From Catajapyx aquilonaris (Eukaryota): DNA of 64,000 nucleotides. Below, piece after piece: positions 55,101 to 63,904 of the stretch. The notes under the pieces are model-generated. The model was given only the letters and a program-made list of their open reading frames with translations, made no database searches and had not been told where the DNA came from. Numbering within the stretch: position 1 is the first letter of the stretch; every line of letters begins with the position of its first letter. Location of the stretch: assembly GCA_000934665.2 (NCBI GenBank), contig JYFJ02001627.1, positions 1 to 64,000 on the forward strand. The letters are read 5' to 3'. A program made the position numbers and the translations under genes.

Positions 55101-57477
55101 GTCCTTATTGGTTTACTGTCCCCTACTTGCTCCATTTTACGGGCTTGTGGGGGAAATGCGGGAGGACCTCATCTCAGGATAATTTGTAGCATCGGTTTCA
55201 CTTTCGATGCATTCGAGCCTGCAAACAAGCCACATGGGTCACATCCTTTGTCTTTACGACTTGACTCTTTTCCCTCCTCAATCCCCACCCTTCCAAGCCT
55301 ATCCACCCCCACCGTTTACTTCCACAGTCAGTCTTTTTCTTCGTCTTCTTCTTTTCCCTATTCTTTTTTCTGTCTTCCTTCGCCCAAGCGGCATGTGCAG
55401 CATGTAGCATTATGACTTGGCCTATGGGGCCTTCCTGCTATCAAGGCAGCAATAACTTGGAAATTGGGAACTCTTTGAAGGCCCCCGAGGCCTTCCAGGT
55501 CATAAAGTGCTTTGTCATCCCTCCTCCTCCTTACAGCAAAGCTAACTTCATTTTTTCCCCTCCGGCTCACACGAAAAGAGGACTTAAGCACAAATGAAAG
55601 CCCTAGATTCGATTTTTCTTGATCTAATCCTCTGTCGCCTGAGTTGCACCACACACTACGACCCTAATTAAGCATGTGATACCCCCTGCCTAATAAATTA
55701 TTGTCATTAGGGTACACAAGGGGGTCCATGTGGAGAGTTAGGTTAGGTTAGGTTAGGTTAGGTTGCAACACTCATGTGGACCGTTATTGGTGACCTTGGC
55801 CGGTTTAGGATGGGGGCGATTGAATTGCGGTAGGTTTGCAGACGAGGAGAATGTAATGGCAGGGACCACCGTAAATATGCAGCTAGACTCTCTCCTGGGT
55901 CACATAATACCGCCCTTATAATGTCAAAGTTGGTTCAAGTTGAAAACTTTCTTGAGAGCTCTTTGGGGAATTAATGCAGTCTAGAAAAGAGAAGGAAGTT
56001 TTTCCTCTTCTTCCTATCTCCCATCCCTCCTACTCGAATCTGCTGCTGCTTTCGTCATAGTAGTGGTTGTAGTAGTAGTGGAAGAAAAGTGAGGACGGGG
56101 AGACTTGAACCTTTTTTTCATATGCCTTCTCCCATTATTTATCTCTTCGCATTTCCCGCACCCAATCACATGTGTCGAGCTTACGCGCCAGAATAATAGG
56201 TTTCTTGGGAACGGGGCAATCTTGTCATTCCTGCCACTCGCGGATGATTGCTTTTGCGTCGTGGGAATAGACTCAATTTTTTCCGCTTAAAACTATAATG
56301 TTTAACACAGGCACATTAGGCAGATCCATATGCAACCGAGGTGGAACCGCTACAGGCGACCAATGCATCATGTGTTATTGACTCCAGGATATATACTCAG
56401 AGCTGCTGATTGTTTTCAAAATACTCCGGTACCGATATAGGATAAAGAATAACATGTGATTGAGGGCAGATGACAAAAGTCGTTCTTTTTATTGTCTTCT
56501 GATCCTCCATCCCAGCTAATGAGTCCAGAAGATTAGAGGGACAGTGACAGGCAGTGTAGTAGTAGCCTTATTGTGAGTGGTTCTGATCTCTAAATCCGAA
56601 CATTTTTCTTTTCCAAGGAAGTACGAGTCATATAAGTCAGCGTTGACATGAGTACAGTACTTGAAGGTTTTAGATGTTGTGCAGTATACCGTCATGTTTT
56701 TTGCACCTCAGCAGCTATAGAGCCTCAAGATAGTGTTGTTTATACGCGTAGGTTGTTTATTTTTGAAAGATAATGTTTCAAATATCATGGTCCTTTTAGT
56801 TATCGGCTTATCGCAAATTTCGCCCGAAGTTGTTATTTTTGTGTATATTTTTGCATACCGATCGAGGTTCCCATTTACATAGCAAGTGCTGCATTCGACC
56901 ACATCTGGGAATAATTGGGGACCTCTTTTGAGCTCAAAATGCAATACAAAAATAGCTACTTCGAGCAAAATTTTCGATATAACTAAAATGACCGTGATAT
57001 GTGAAACATACTGTATGCACGCCCAGGTAGAGGTCACTTTCATACTATAATTTTGTATTTTAATTTTTTGTTAAAGTTTGATATTTTTAAAATTGCAGAT
57101 TGTATTCAAATTGAAGGCTGATATGTATAATTGAGATTCCCTACAAATCTAGAGAAATTAATTGAGATTAAATGACCGGATATACTGTATTTAACTATTT
57201 ATACGTACATAAGGTTCCGTACTGGTAAGGGGAATAATATTATGTGAGCGACTGGAGTAAAATAGAAGAGAATCTGGACCAGTGCGGGATATACGGTATC
57301 TACTCTATTAAATTTCTTATTTCCATCATTTAAATTTTGTGAAAATCTCAGGCATATCAGCTTTAAATTTGAGTGCAATTTGTAATACTGTATTTTAAAA
57401 ATCTAATGTAAGTTTGGAAAAAAAAATCAAAACACAAAGTTATGGAATAAAAAAGAATGTCATCTGTAAAGAACCCA

Positions 57478-57542
<65 letters not shown>

Positions 57543-59544
57543 AATAATAATCTGGATAGTGCAGGGGTATATTGCGCGCACCTTCATTTGTCAATGCTTA
57601 GGCATGTACATTAAATACAGGGTGATCCAAAATACGTATTAGTCCGACTCATGCGGTTATTTGTTGGCACTAAACTACTGATTTTGTATCAGTTACTTTT
57701 GCATAGTTGCTTTTAATAACCATCAAAACATATTCGCTACATATATTGTATTAGGCTGCATGTACCCATCAGGCTTTTTGAAACCTGTACGGGGGTCTGG
57801 CATGCACAAAGTAGATTCTGTCATTGACGTTTGATGCCAATGTTCATATGGGCATAATAGGGAATACTTCGAGGTTCAGAGCTTGAAGAGATGATTCAGT
57901 TCATCATAAGATCAGTAGCTAAATGATAGTGGAGTACTAGGCGATCATTTCAAATATGGGCATAATGGGTCTCTGCAGCATAGTTACCGAGGTAATTATC
58001 ATAAAATATAGCATATGGCATCTAGCCCTATGCCCTAGGCTAGGCCATTCCCTGTTACACCTCATGGGATCGTAAATTTAAATTTAATCACAATGTAACA
58101 CCTTAACTTTAAATGGAAAAGGTAAGGTCGTGGGAGGGACGCATACGTGGCAGGATATTTTATACCTTGTGTTTGAAGTCCATTATCTCGGTAGCTATGT
58201 TGCGGACGTCCATGATGCCTATATGTAAAATGATCGCCTAGTACCACTCTATCATTTCCCAAATCGACGTTACGATAAACTTTCTCGCCTTGTACACTCT
58301 TGACACTCTGTAGTTGAGGGAAGGCGGGAGTGTTCCCAAGGGAGGGCACTCCTTGACAGTGTTCTAGTCATTTCGGATCCTCTTAAATCTTAAGACCTTT
58401 TCCCTTGCCCCTGGGCAGAGAATGGAGTGAGAATCTTCCCGGACACATTGGGTGAAAATAGGAAAAAGACCAGACCAAGCGACGATGACGGGGACGTGAT
58501 TTGAACCTCGGGCCTCCCGCTTGGCTGGCCAGTGGCATTTAACCAAGGGCATAAGCGCATAACTGCCGCGTCTCTCAAACCCAGGGTCCCCTACATGGTT
58601 GCCTCCCCCACCCTAACCAGGGTATTGTCTTCACGTAGTCCTTATGGGGCGGCCATATTGGATCTAGATTGCATGCTGCAGGATAGGGAATTGGAAAGCT
58701 ATTCGTTTTTTTTCAATTGTTTTTTTTTTTCACTGCATGTAGCTCCTATGTGATTTAGATCCAATATGGCGGAGAGACAATACCCTGTCTAGGTGGGGGG
58801 TGGCACTCATGTAGGTGACCCTGCTCAAACCCAGTCAGAAAAAAAAAACATCCAGCCAGTTAAGGGGGCGCATTAGTAAAAATACGGTAGGCTCATTTTT
58901 GAGGGAATTTTATTTTTTGTGGCGAAACGCACCGTTAATCGGAAAAATCACGACGAAGGTGCCCTGCGCAAAGGTTTGGCCATTATTATGGTACCATACT
59001 CGATATGATCGCATTAAAATTGTGGACATACGGGCGCAGAAGCGTTCCCGACTTTGTCGCGTTCCTGCCGCCATGTTATTCAAATGGGCTTTTCGGGAAC
59101 GCCATTTTCCTTTCACTTCAACTCGATGAAAGGTCACTTCTAGGCCGAAAATGGTAAAATGACGCCGAAGGTGCCCTGCTCCAGATCATGTCCTATTTTT
59201 TGGTGTAATTTTTGTGTCCATTGCTCCATTTTTGCGGCCGTACGGCCGCAGAAGCGTAGACATGTCGAATCCCCATATGCTGTCCATGCATACGCGAGTT
59301 TGTTTACGTGGTCGCCAAGGGCTCGCATTGTTACCGATTGTTACCGTATTTTTTTGATAACGCGCCCCTTAATTTGTACTGTACTTGTACTTGCCAGATT
59401 TTGAGAAAATCGCAATATGAGACATTGTTTCAACCTGCATATTCGAGGGCAATTCACATTTTTAAAATGCCGTATATGTAGAACTTGGGGAAAAAAATCA
59501 ACTTGATGTGATGGACGTCATACAGACTTTTCAGAATTATTATT

Positions 59545-59577
<33 letters not shown>

Positions 59578-60276
59578 ATTGAATAATAATATTTTTAAAA
59601 TAATATTTTCTTCCGTGACTGATCATGGAGTTCTTTGCGTTTCCCACTCCCTTATCATTGATTCTGTTCTTCCAACTCGTCTGTGGCAATTCCGGAAAAC
59701 ATCTTATTTTCATGTTGCCCTGTGTGCATGATGGCTCCACTTGACTGTACTGAGTGTGAATCAGGAACAAATATTGTTCTTTTTCCTTCGTTCCCTTTGA
59801 ACTGGTTGCTAGCGTAAACAATCCATATGTGTCCCTCTCTTTAAAGAGGTTTTACAATTCCTAGGTTTTGAGGAAATCTCAATATTAGACATTTCAACCT
59901 ATATATATATATTTAAATAATATCCGGGTAGTGCTTGGCCTTCTCGGCATGTAGCACGGACCTTTATTATTTTTTGTACCTAATTATTGAAGCGCCCGGG
60001 CCCACGGGCAGGATGACAGGAGGGGATGTGCAAGGTGCAGTGCAATGTCTTTATATGGCCATTTTTAGTGAACTCCCCCGGGTGGTTTAGACTGTGGATA
60101 TACCACCCGAGACGAAGCCAGAAGTGACCCTGAACTCTGCACGAGATGAAGGGGGTGTCCCCGGGTTGGGATCGAACCCAGGACCTTAACATCCGTGGGC
60201 GCGTACGTTACCGCAGCACCACTCCGCCTCCCCTCAACCTTCATATTTGAGGGCAATTCATATTTTTAAAATATAC

Positions 60277-60350
<74 letters not shown>

Positions 60351-63300
60351 CATCATTATCATTATTTATACCCCGTTATCAGCCGGTGGCTCTTTAGGGG
60401 GGGGGGGAGTTCATCCCAATTTTGTTTTGACTGGAACTCTATTTGCTTACATTTTTTACTTTGCTTTTTGGGATAGGATGGGGACGGAAGGAAGCGGCTG
60501 TGGCCTAATATTTAGGAAGCAACCCCGGAATTCTCCTGGGAGGACTGTGGGAAACCACAGAAAACCACGGTTAGGATTTCCGGCCCCGGGACTCGAACCC
60601 AGGACCTCCCGATTAGCAGTCGAACACCTTATCCACTCCACCAAACTGCTTCGGTATTTTTAAAATAAACAGTATATAGAACTTTGAAAAAATCAACTTA
60701 GATAATTATGATGGACTCCATATTGAATTTGGGAATCTTCAGAATTTTGAATCCGATTATGGCAAAGCCATTAGATTACCCTGGTACAATATCTTTTGAC
60801 AGGGAAGGGTGTCCAATAAGGCCAACATGCAAATAACAAATCATACAGCAGTACATCATACTGTACTGTAGGCTACACATTCCTCAATAACCTTTTAATA
60901 AATTATTGTATGGTTTTCAATGAAAATTGACATGTATACTTACCTTGTATGATGCCAAACAAGGTCTGCCGAAACCCTAAAGCATATGCTGAAAATGGTC
61001 CCCTCCAGCTCCAAAAATATTTGAATGCGAGTCTGCATTTTGGTAAGTACATGTCAATTTTCAATGAAAACCATACAATAATTAACGATAATTAAAAAGT
61101 TATTGAGGAATGTGTAGGTTAGGATTCGAGAGAATCACCCTGTATTTCTCTATAGCAACGTGCTGTGCATGACGGCTCCACTACGGAATGTGAATCGAGA
61201 ATAAATGTATTGTTCTTTTTTCCTACATTCTCTTTAACTGGTTGCTGGTGTAAATAATCCCTCTCTTGAAAGAGGCTGTATACAATTCCGTCAGGCCTCG
61301 AATGTTCGCTGCTAATAAATCAATTCCTGATTTATACTGTATTTACCTCATGCATCTTTTCAAACCACAGTACAGTACATAATGTCGGAGAAAATTGGAT
61401 TAAATTCCCAGCAAGGGCTTATTTCTGAAAGGGAATAAACGGTGGGATTATTGTAATCGCCCGCAGGAGTGGAATGCACAGTACAGTGAACCATGTTATA
61501 AAGTAGACGCACACCTAGAAATGTGATGAGCACGACAGAAAATAATGGAAGTGATAAAATTGCCTTAATATGATGGAAATCGAAATGATGAAAAGCCAAA
61601 ATTTTGAGTGCAAAATTGCATCAAAAATATCCAAGATTTCGAAGTGCAAAGGATATTCCCGATATGCCTACTATAACAGGAAGACCTCAAAATTCCCATG
61701 AGAATGAAGATCCATCCGAGTTAGGTCAGCAGCTATCAAGTCAAAGCTGACTAAAGAAGAGTAAGCAATGGTCGGCAGAGAGTAATTGATTAATTAGCGT
61801 AGAGTATAATGAATGGGGTTTGTGCAGTATTGTGCGGTCTCGGCAGCTAAGAGGCGACCGAATGTTCCATTGGCTGAAGGCTGATCTTCAACCTTAAATG
61901 GTTATTGACGGCTCAACGGCTTTGGCGAAGAGCTCGGCGGCTTTAACTCGGGGGATAATGACGACGCAGCTATTAGAGCTGCCATCGCCAGCGCTCATTA
62001 GCAGAAGGGCGCATGAAGCAGCTCGTCTTCAATACACTCATTATTCTCTACCAGCACGAGTAGGCCTATGTACGTATACATTGTAGTCTGGGAAATGTGC
62101 CTTTACTGCCGTCTCCTGCAAACACAGCCCCGGTCATCCTACGCCCATCCCCGAGTAAAAAGCCCTTTGAATATTGCAAGGCAATAAGTGCTCTTGTTCG
62201 GAGCCGCTATTACGTGGGTTGATTTTCAGCGTAACAGGTCGTATTATCTGTTATCGCAGCACTCTGATAACCTTTCACAGGTAGGAATTGGCACTTGGCA
62301 CAATGTGAATTTCTGAGCGTTAGGGAAATGGAAATGCCCCTGCAGATCCGATAACCTGCTGTGCGCCACTTGGGCTTGGGTACTATACCGTCATATGGGT
62401 CTATTGCTCCACTTGAGGTGGGGGGATTGTAAGGAGATTGTGTTCCATTAGCGTTTGCTATGCATTCGGTGAGAAAATTCTGGCTTTCCACACAATACCG
62501 AAACAACCATTTGTTATAGGTTGAAATGCTGCCCCACTCAAATAATGACGCACAGTAAGTTGTTAAAATAAACTCGAAGCAAATGCGGTTGTTACTGGCC
62601 ACCAAGTATATTGTACCTTGCTTGGATGCATTTAAAATTTAGGTGTACACGCCGGCTGCAGCTTCCTAAGGGATCGTGTCTTATGTCTCCCTTCGATCTC
62701 TGCGATGTCTGTGGTTCTGGTCTGGGAATTCTCAGGCGACGTAGCTTGTGCTAGTTTAGTAATATAGCGAAGCAGCCAGGCGCGAAAACCATGGCGAATC
62801 CCACGCCCCACCCTTCCCTCCCTGTAGCCATTACAAGCCAGTAATCCCAAGTGAGCATTAGAGGCTCGGTCACAGAATAAGAAGTAGAGGCGGGGAACTC
62901 CGTATAAAGAGCCCATCTGGACTCATAACCCGTGTTGGGACTGGGTCTGTGACAGTTCCAAACGTGGTATTAAGTTGGTAAACTAGCGTCCTAAGAGGCA
63001 ACTCCCTTTTCCTGCCACAGATAAGGTACAAGATGCTAGTGCATCTTTTCGATGCAACTTTCATGCATAGTTGATATAGAGGTTGCTGCATGCACACCAT
63101 ATTGCCACTTCTGGCTTGGAGCTTGCCAAATTATGCAGAGGGTAGTAATAGCGTAAGTGTGGAAGCTAATTAATGGTTACTTTCGACAGCCTCTCCGGAG
63201 AAGATGGACTTGCTGCCGCTCTTGTCGATTCTTCTTGGCGCCTTTCTTACCCTGCTTTTGCTGACACTGGTAGTTCTGGCTCACCTGGTCTATAAAAGAC

Positions 63301-63570
63301 GACATCAAGCACAGCAGCAGCAACAGCAACAACAGCAACAGCAGCAGCAGCAGCAGCAGGGAGAAGGCACTCGTCAGGATCCAGAAGGGAAAGCTAAGAT
63401 GTTGCGAGCTGGGGCCTTTGCTGAATCGGATCAGGCTTCTCCGATGACCCAATTGCATCAGACAGAGACCCCAACTGACACCTGCAGCTATTTGCCTCAC
63501 CTCCAGATTGCCACTTACCCGAAGGACTACTTGGATGACCACGAGCCGGATGTCATTCCAGCACAGCATG
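9319..63570 (+). CDS. side: Partial multi-exon gene for a Sidestep-family (nephrin-like) Ig-superfamily transmembrane protein: Ig domains + FN3 + TM + cytoplasmic tail; paralogue not assignable
   Basis: Six exons join in one frame with matching phases (0/1, 1/0, 0/1, 1/1, 1/1, 1/-) and GT-AG sites. Motifs typical of arthropod Sidestep proteins: LTCRAENP..LED, I.EGDDVYFEC..ANP, GII.SNQSLVLQ.V.R...G.Y.C.A.N.EG.G, YAP.C, DYGTL.C.A.N.IG.Q..PC.F.V, NQT..SL.V.C..GFDGGL.Q.F.LEV. The symbol is at family level only. Confidence 0.9.
15595..15776. mobile_element. Short hAT-like MITE (CAGTGGCGTAGGCAG...CTGCCTACGCGCCTG) with a 7-bp TSD
   Basis: 15-bp imperfect TIR; gcttgtg duplicated at 15588-15594 and 15777-15783. 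Confidence 0.75.
15905..16225. mobile_element. Tc1/mariner-type MITE (TA-CAGGGTGTTTCAAC...GTTGAAACACCCTG-TA)
   Basis: TIR is perfect for more than 30 bp, with further imperfect arm homology; TA on both flanks. Confidence 0.92.
17401..17997. mobile_element. Tc1/mariner-type hairpin MITE interrupted by a SINE
   Basis: TA-cagtgtggaccaacttcaagtgt ... acacttgaagttggtccaccctg-TA; removing the SINE and one TSD copy leaves a near-continuous palindrome centred at about 17870. Confidence 0.9.
17494..17822 (-). mobile_element. tRNA-derived SINE, family D (head tentatively tRNA-Arg(ACG)-like), copy 1, nested in a MITE
   Basis: 14-bp TSD aaaatgtcccactt at 17480-17493 and 17823-17836; B-box-like gggttcgatgcc; close homologue at 59901-60233. 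Confidence 0.92.
20468..20513 (+). mobile_element. Truncated family-B SINE head
   Basis: accgaagcaagttggcatggtggataaggcgtccgactgctaatcg matches the family-B 5' end. Confidence 0.6.
20969..21118. mobile_element. Hairpin MITE of about 150 bp with TA flanks, copy 1
   Basis: Inverted arms of about 55 bp (ctatggggctcaaattgttttggccacttta...) and a GT-rich loop; homologous to 30298-30440. Confidence 0.9.
23835..24095 (-). mobile_element. Old degenerate SINE, probably related to family B
   Basis: Residual ggaattcgaaccctggacctc B box, ggctgcagccta core and (TAA)n tail, in the same order as family B. Confidence 0.4.
24170..24430 (-). mobile_element. Possible decayed BEL/Pao LTR-retrotransposon RT fragment
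   Basis: A stop-containing frame reads ...GAARVLEEIIQFAGFPW..., followed by TKT/LPG, resembling the Pao A..L..E....AGF.L.KW and K.LG motifs. Weak. Confidence 0.25.
26801..26958 (+). mobile_element. 5' half of a tRNA-Gly-like SINE (family C), fused to a family-B SINE
   Basis: Matches the reverse complement of about 46570-46718 up to ctctgccc, then switches to the family-B head. Confidence 0.85.
26959..27200 (+). mobile_element. Family-B SINE, copy 2, lacking the terminal tail
   Basis: accgaagcagtagtggtgtagtggtatggtgtccgactgctaatcgggaggtcctgggttcgaatccc..., followed by the ggccacagccgc core. Confidence 0.88.
27892..28022 (+). CDS. Sidestep-like exon, N-terminal half of the next Ig domain (Y-RPLARLRLGSALDPDDIEEGDDVYFECHLQANPPVHRLLWLHQ)
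   Basis: Acceptor gtttcag| and donor CAG|gtgagg; T+AC completes Tyr with the previous exon; 131 nt. Confidence 0.95.
29165..29746. mobile_element. DNA-transposon fragment with a reiterated GTCACGTCCGTGGAC motif
   Basis: Exact motif at 29379-29393 and 29722-29736, variants at about 29181 and 29571; apparent terminus ...ggacactacccgtc. Confidence 0.45.
30298..30440. mobile_element. Hairpin MITE of about 145 bp with TA flanks, copy 2
   Basis: Arms ctatcgggttctaatacttttgaccactttatcctggtcttgaagcaaccctt and their reverse complement; same family as 20969-21118. Confidence 0.9.
32619..32778 (+). CDS. Sidestep-like exon, C-terminal half of that Ig domain (GRVLSHNVTSGIIMSNQSLVLQLVTRASSGNYTCLAVNAEGQGASNPVFLRVK-Y)
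   Basis: Acceptor gattttag| and donor T|gtaagt; 160 nt; G.Y.C.A.N motif. Confidence 0.95.
33133..33695 (+). mobile_element. Non-autonomous Helitron-like element
   Basis: A|TC 5' end; 3' CTGA|T (CTRR) lying 10 nt after the hairpin CTCGC-AAA-GCGAG (33673-33685); GC-rich subterminal hairpins. Confidence 0.65.
33850..35060 (-). mobile_element. Possible decayed non-LTR retrotransposon ORF1/endonuclease start (I/Jockey-like)
   Basis: Broken frames give SPKRIWK...GMLVKS...LL, like the SPF.I.K...G.LLVE ORF1 motif, and ILACQK, like the APE I.CLQE motif. Weak. Confidence 0.25.
35418..35486. repeat. (ATA)n microsatellite
   Basis: Read directly from the sequence. Confidence 0.97.
36740..37085 (-). mobile_element. 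Decayed CR1/L2-type LINE reverse-transcriptase fragment
   Basis: Translation LGLLSI...HSHFYADDIPQI contains the YADD catalytic motif in a CR1/L2-like H.YADD.Q context; downstream NKL and RSLGV motifs lie in shifted frames. Confidence 0.5.
37087..37170. repeat. Compound (TTG)n(TTA)n microsatellite
   Basis: Read directly from the sequence. Confidence 0.97.
38981..39200 (-). mobile_element. Second copy of the GTGGGGAC/(TTAGG)n element
   Basis: Same motif order as 5-346, with a shorter CCTAA tract at about 39029-39046. Confidence 0.7.
39234..39444. repeat. Near-perfect 211-bp palindrome (foldback element)
   Basis: Arms of about 100 bp with few mismatches (aaaggagtatgttaccagacccctaacctagaaattagcctccaacagaggtgctgcctaggggag and its reverse complement) and a very short loop. 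Confidence 0.95.
44645..45240. mobile_element. Cluster of decayed mariner-like transposon fragments
   Basis: Two direct copies of ctcataactt.aggcagtttgtc...gagtcgga...taaagatgg (about 44650 and 44827); + strand MEDKRAVVLF resembles the mariner E.RAVI.F N-terminus; - strand IHSE...Y.D...V..RW...GR.T resembles the mariner HTH. Confidence 0.4.
46445..46718 (-). mobile_element. tRNA-Gly-like SINE, family C, full-length copy
   Basis: Head ggcatggtggtctggtggtta...gcgggaggccggggttcaaatcccg (the T-arm region matches tRNA-Gly); tail ...ccctatcacgggataaaataaaa; degenerate TSD core gtggtatt. Confidence 0.9.
49912..50280 (+). mobile_element. Family-A SINE, copy 2
   Basis: 14-bp TSD aatcacacctgttg at 49898-49911 and 50281-50294; homologous to 2257-2610. 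Confidence 0.92.
51522..51720 (+). mobile_element. Possible old tRNA-headed SINE of a fifth family
   Basis: A-box-like tggtgtagtgtgg and B-box-like gagttcgatcac; ttctggaca occurs on both sides; only one copy in the window. Confidence 0.4.
51838..52275. mobile_element. Tc1/mariner-type MITE about 220 bp upstream of the exon at 52498
   Basis: cagggtgtatcggaactctaccgtaagccatatgccaatggc / gccattggtacatggcttatggtatagttccgatacaccctg-TA. Confidence 0.85.
52498..52791 (+). CDS. Sidestep-like exon, complete membrane-proximal Ig domain (Y-APVCRAEG...IRCEVEADP...FKWQF...DYGTLSCQADNVIGPQLAPCIFQVVAA)
   Basis: Acceptor ccctgttccag| and donor G|gtaaaa; 294 nt; phase 1/1. Confidence 0.95.
53578..53874 (+). 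CDS. Sidestep-like exon, fibronectin type III domain (E-RPSPLRNCTLFNQTSESLEVECVAGFDGGLSQSFVLEV...YALNSKGRS...KRT)
   Basis: Acceptor ttttcag| and donor G|gtaagt; 297 nt; phase 1/1; GFDGGL.Q.F motif. Confidence 0.95.
55737..55764 (+). repeat. Interstitial (TTAGG)5 tract
   Basis: Read directly from the sequence. Confidence 0.9.
57478..57550. repeat. (ATG)21 followed by (ATA)3 microsatellite
   Basis: Read directly from the sequence. Confidence 0.97.
58316..58575 (-). mobile_element. Diverged family-C SINE copy
   Basis: Shares gttcccaagggaggg, gggcagag, aaaagacc.gaccaagc and gatttgaacc..ggcctcccgcttggct.gccagtggc with 46445-46718. Confidence 0.8.
58582..58823. mobile_element. hAT-type MITE (CAGGGTC...GACCCTG) with an 8-bp TSD
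   Basis: TSD ctcaaacc at 58574-58581 and 58824-58831; long imperfect TIRs. Confidence 0.9.
58864..59368. mobile_element. TTAA-flanked MITE (GGGGCGC...GCGCCCC; PIF/Harbinger- or Kolobok-like) with an internal duplication of about 212 bp
   Basis: Imperfect TIR of about 26 bp ending aaaaatacggta; TTAA at 58860-58863 and 59369-59372; cgaaggtgccctgc and cgcagaagcgt each occur twice, about 212 bp apart. Confidence 0.8.
59901..60233 (-). mobile_element. Family-D SINE, copy 2
   Basis: Highly similar to 17494-17822; TSD tcaacct at 59894-59900 and 60234-60240. Confidence 0.9.
60282..60654 (-). mobile_element. Family-B SINE, copy 3, with an expanded (TAT)n tail at about 60279-60366
   Basis: TSD of about 21 bp, tatttttaaaata(t/a)acagtat, at 60261-60281 and 60655-60675. 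Confidence 0.92.
60800..61142. mobile_element. Tc1/mariner-type MITE with internal inverted arms of about 70 bp
   Basis: tacacattcctcaataac...ttgtatggttttcaatgaaaattgacatgta (about 60873-60944) is inverted at about 61042-61116; right end caccctg-TA; absent from duplication unit 1. Confidence 0.65.
62210..62916 (-). mobile_element. Decayed LTR-retrotransposon (Gypsy-like) integrase fragment
   Basis: VESQNFLTECIANANGTQSPYNPPTSSGAIDPYDGIV resembles the rve core F.S..F..F...GI....(S/T)PY.P..NG..ER.NG; upstream AHLG...C.PKF resembles an H2C2 zinc finger; catalytic residues are degenerate. Confidence 0.4.
63190..63570 (+). CDS. Sidestep-like exon: transmembrane helix, KRR stop-transfer, Q16 tract and cytoplasmic segment ending ...DDHEPDVIPAQH
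   Basis: Acceptor tttcgacag|; G+CC gives Ala in frame; hydrophobic LLPLLSILLGAFLTLLLLTLVVLAHLVY followed by KRR. The 3' end is uncertain: weak donor G|gttcga at 63571, alternative donor AG|gtaggg at 63629, or stop TAG at 63630-63632. Confidence 0.82.
63312..63359 (+). repeat. Coding (CAG/CAA)16 polyglutamine repeat
   Basis: In frame within the TM/cytoplasmic exon. Confidence 0.95.
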
Positions 63571-63772
63571 GTTCGACGGATTTTTTCACATTTAAATGTA
63601 TCTATAATGTTATTGTTATGTGTGGCAGGTAGGGTGGTACTGTATAAGAATAAGAATTAATAGTGGACAATATTGCAATGTAATAGTCACCAGCCATGTT
63701 CCCAGCCCTCTTTTGATCATTGCCTGAACTATTCTAAAGGTGACTCCTAAGTCACTTCCGGAATGTTATTAT

Positions 63773-63904
63773 CAAGGGGGTAATCACTTCGGTACTCCGG
63801 TGTACACCTGGGAGTGGTATTCCCTGGTACTCCTCAGGCACCTCACTCTTTATTACTCCGTGGTACTCCAGTGTACACTTTTCAGTCGAGTGATTACCCC
63901 CTTG
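63773..63904. mobile_element. 132-bp P/hAT-like MITE (CAAGGGGGTAATCACT TIR) with an 8-bp TSD
   Basis: TSD gttattat at 63765-63772 and 63905-63912; three internal ggtactcc motifs. Confidence 0.88.

Larger units (their letters stand above)
59396..61289 (+). repeat. Old direct tandem duplication (unit 1 about 59396-59861; unit 2 about 59863-61289, expanded by insertions)
   Basis: Colinear blocks: ttttgag.aaatc.caatat.agacatt; caacct.catatt.gagggcaattca; agaactt...aaaaaatcaactt; tgtgcatga.ggctccact; aactggttgct; ccctctctt.aaagagg...tacaattcc. Confidence 0.85.

Noticed and set aside
9464..63189. Dscam-like arrays of mutually exclusive duplicated Ig exons, or a nested gene in the long introns
   Set aside because: I found no paralogous exon copies and no other spliceable coding exons on either strand by eye; very short exons could have been missed.
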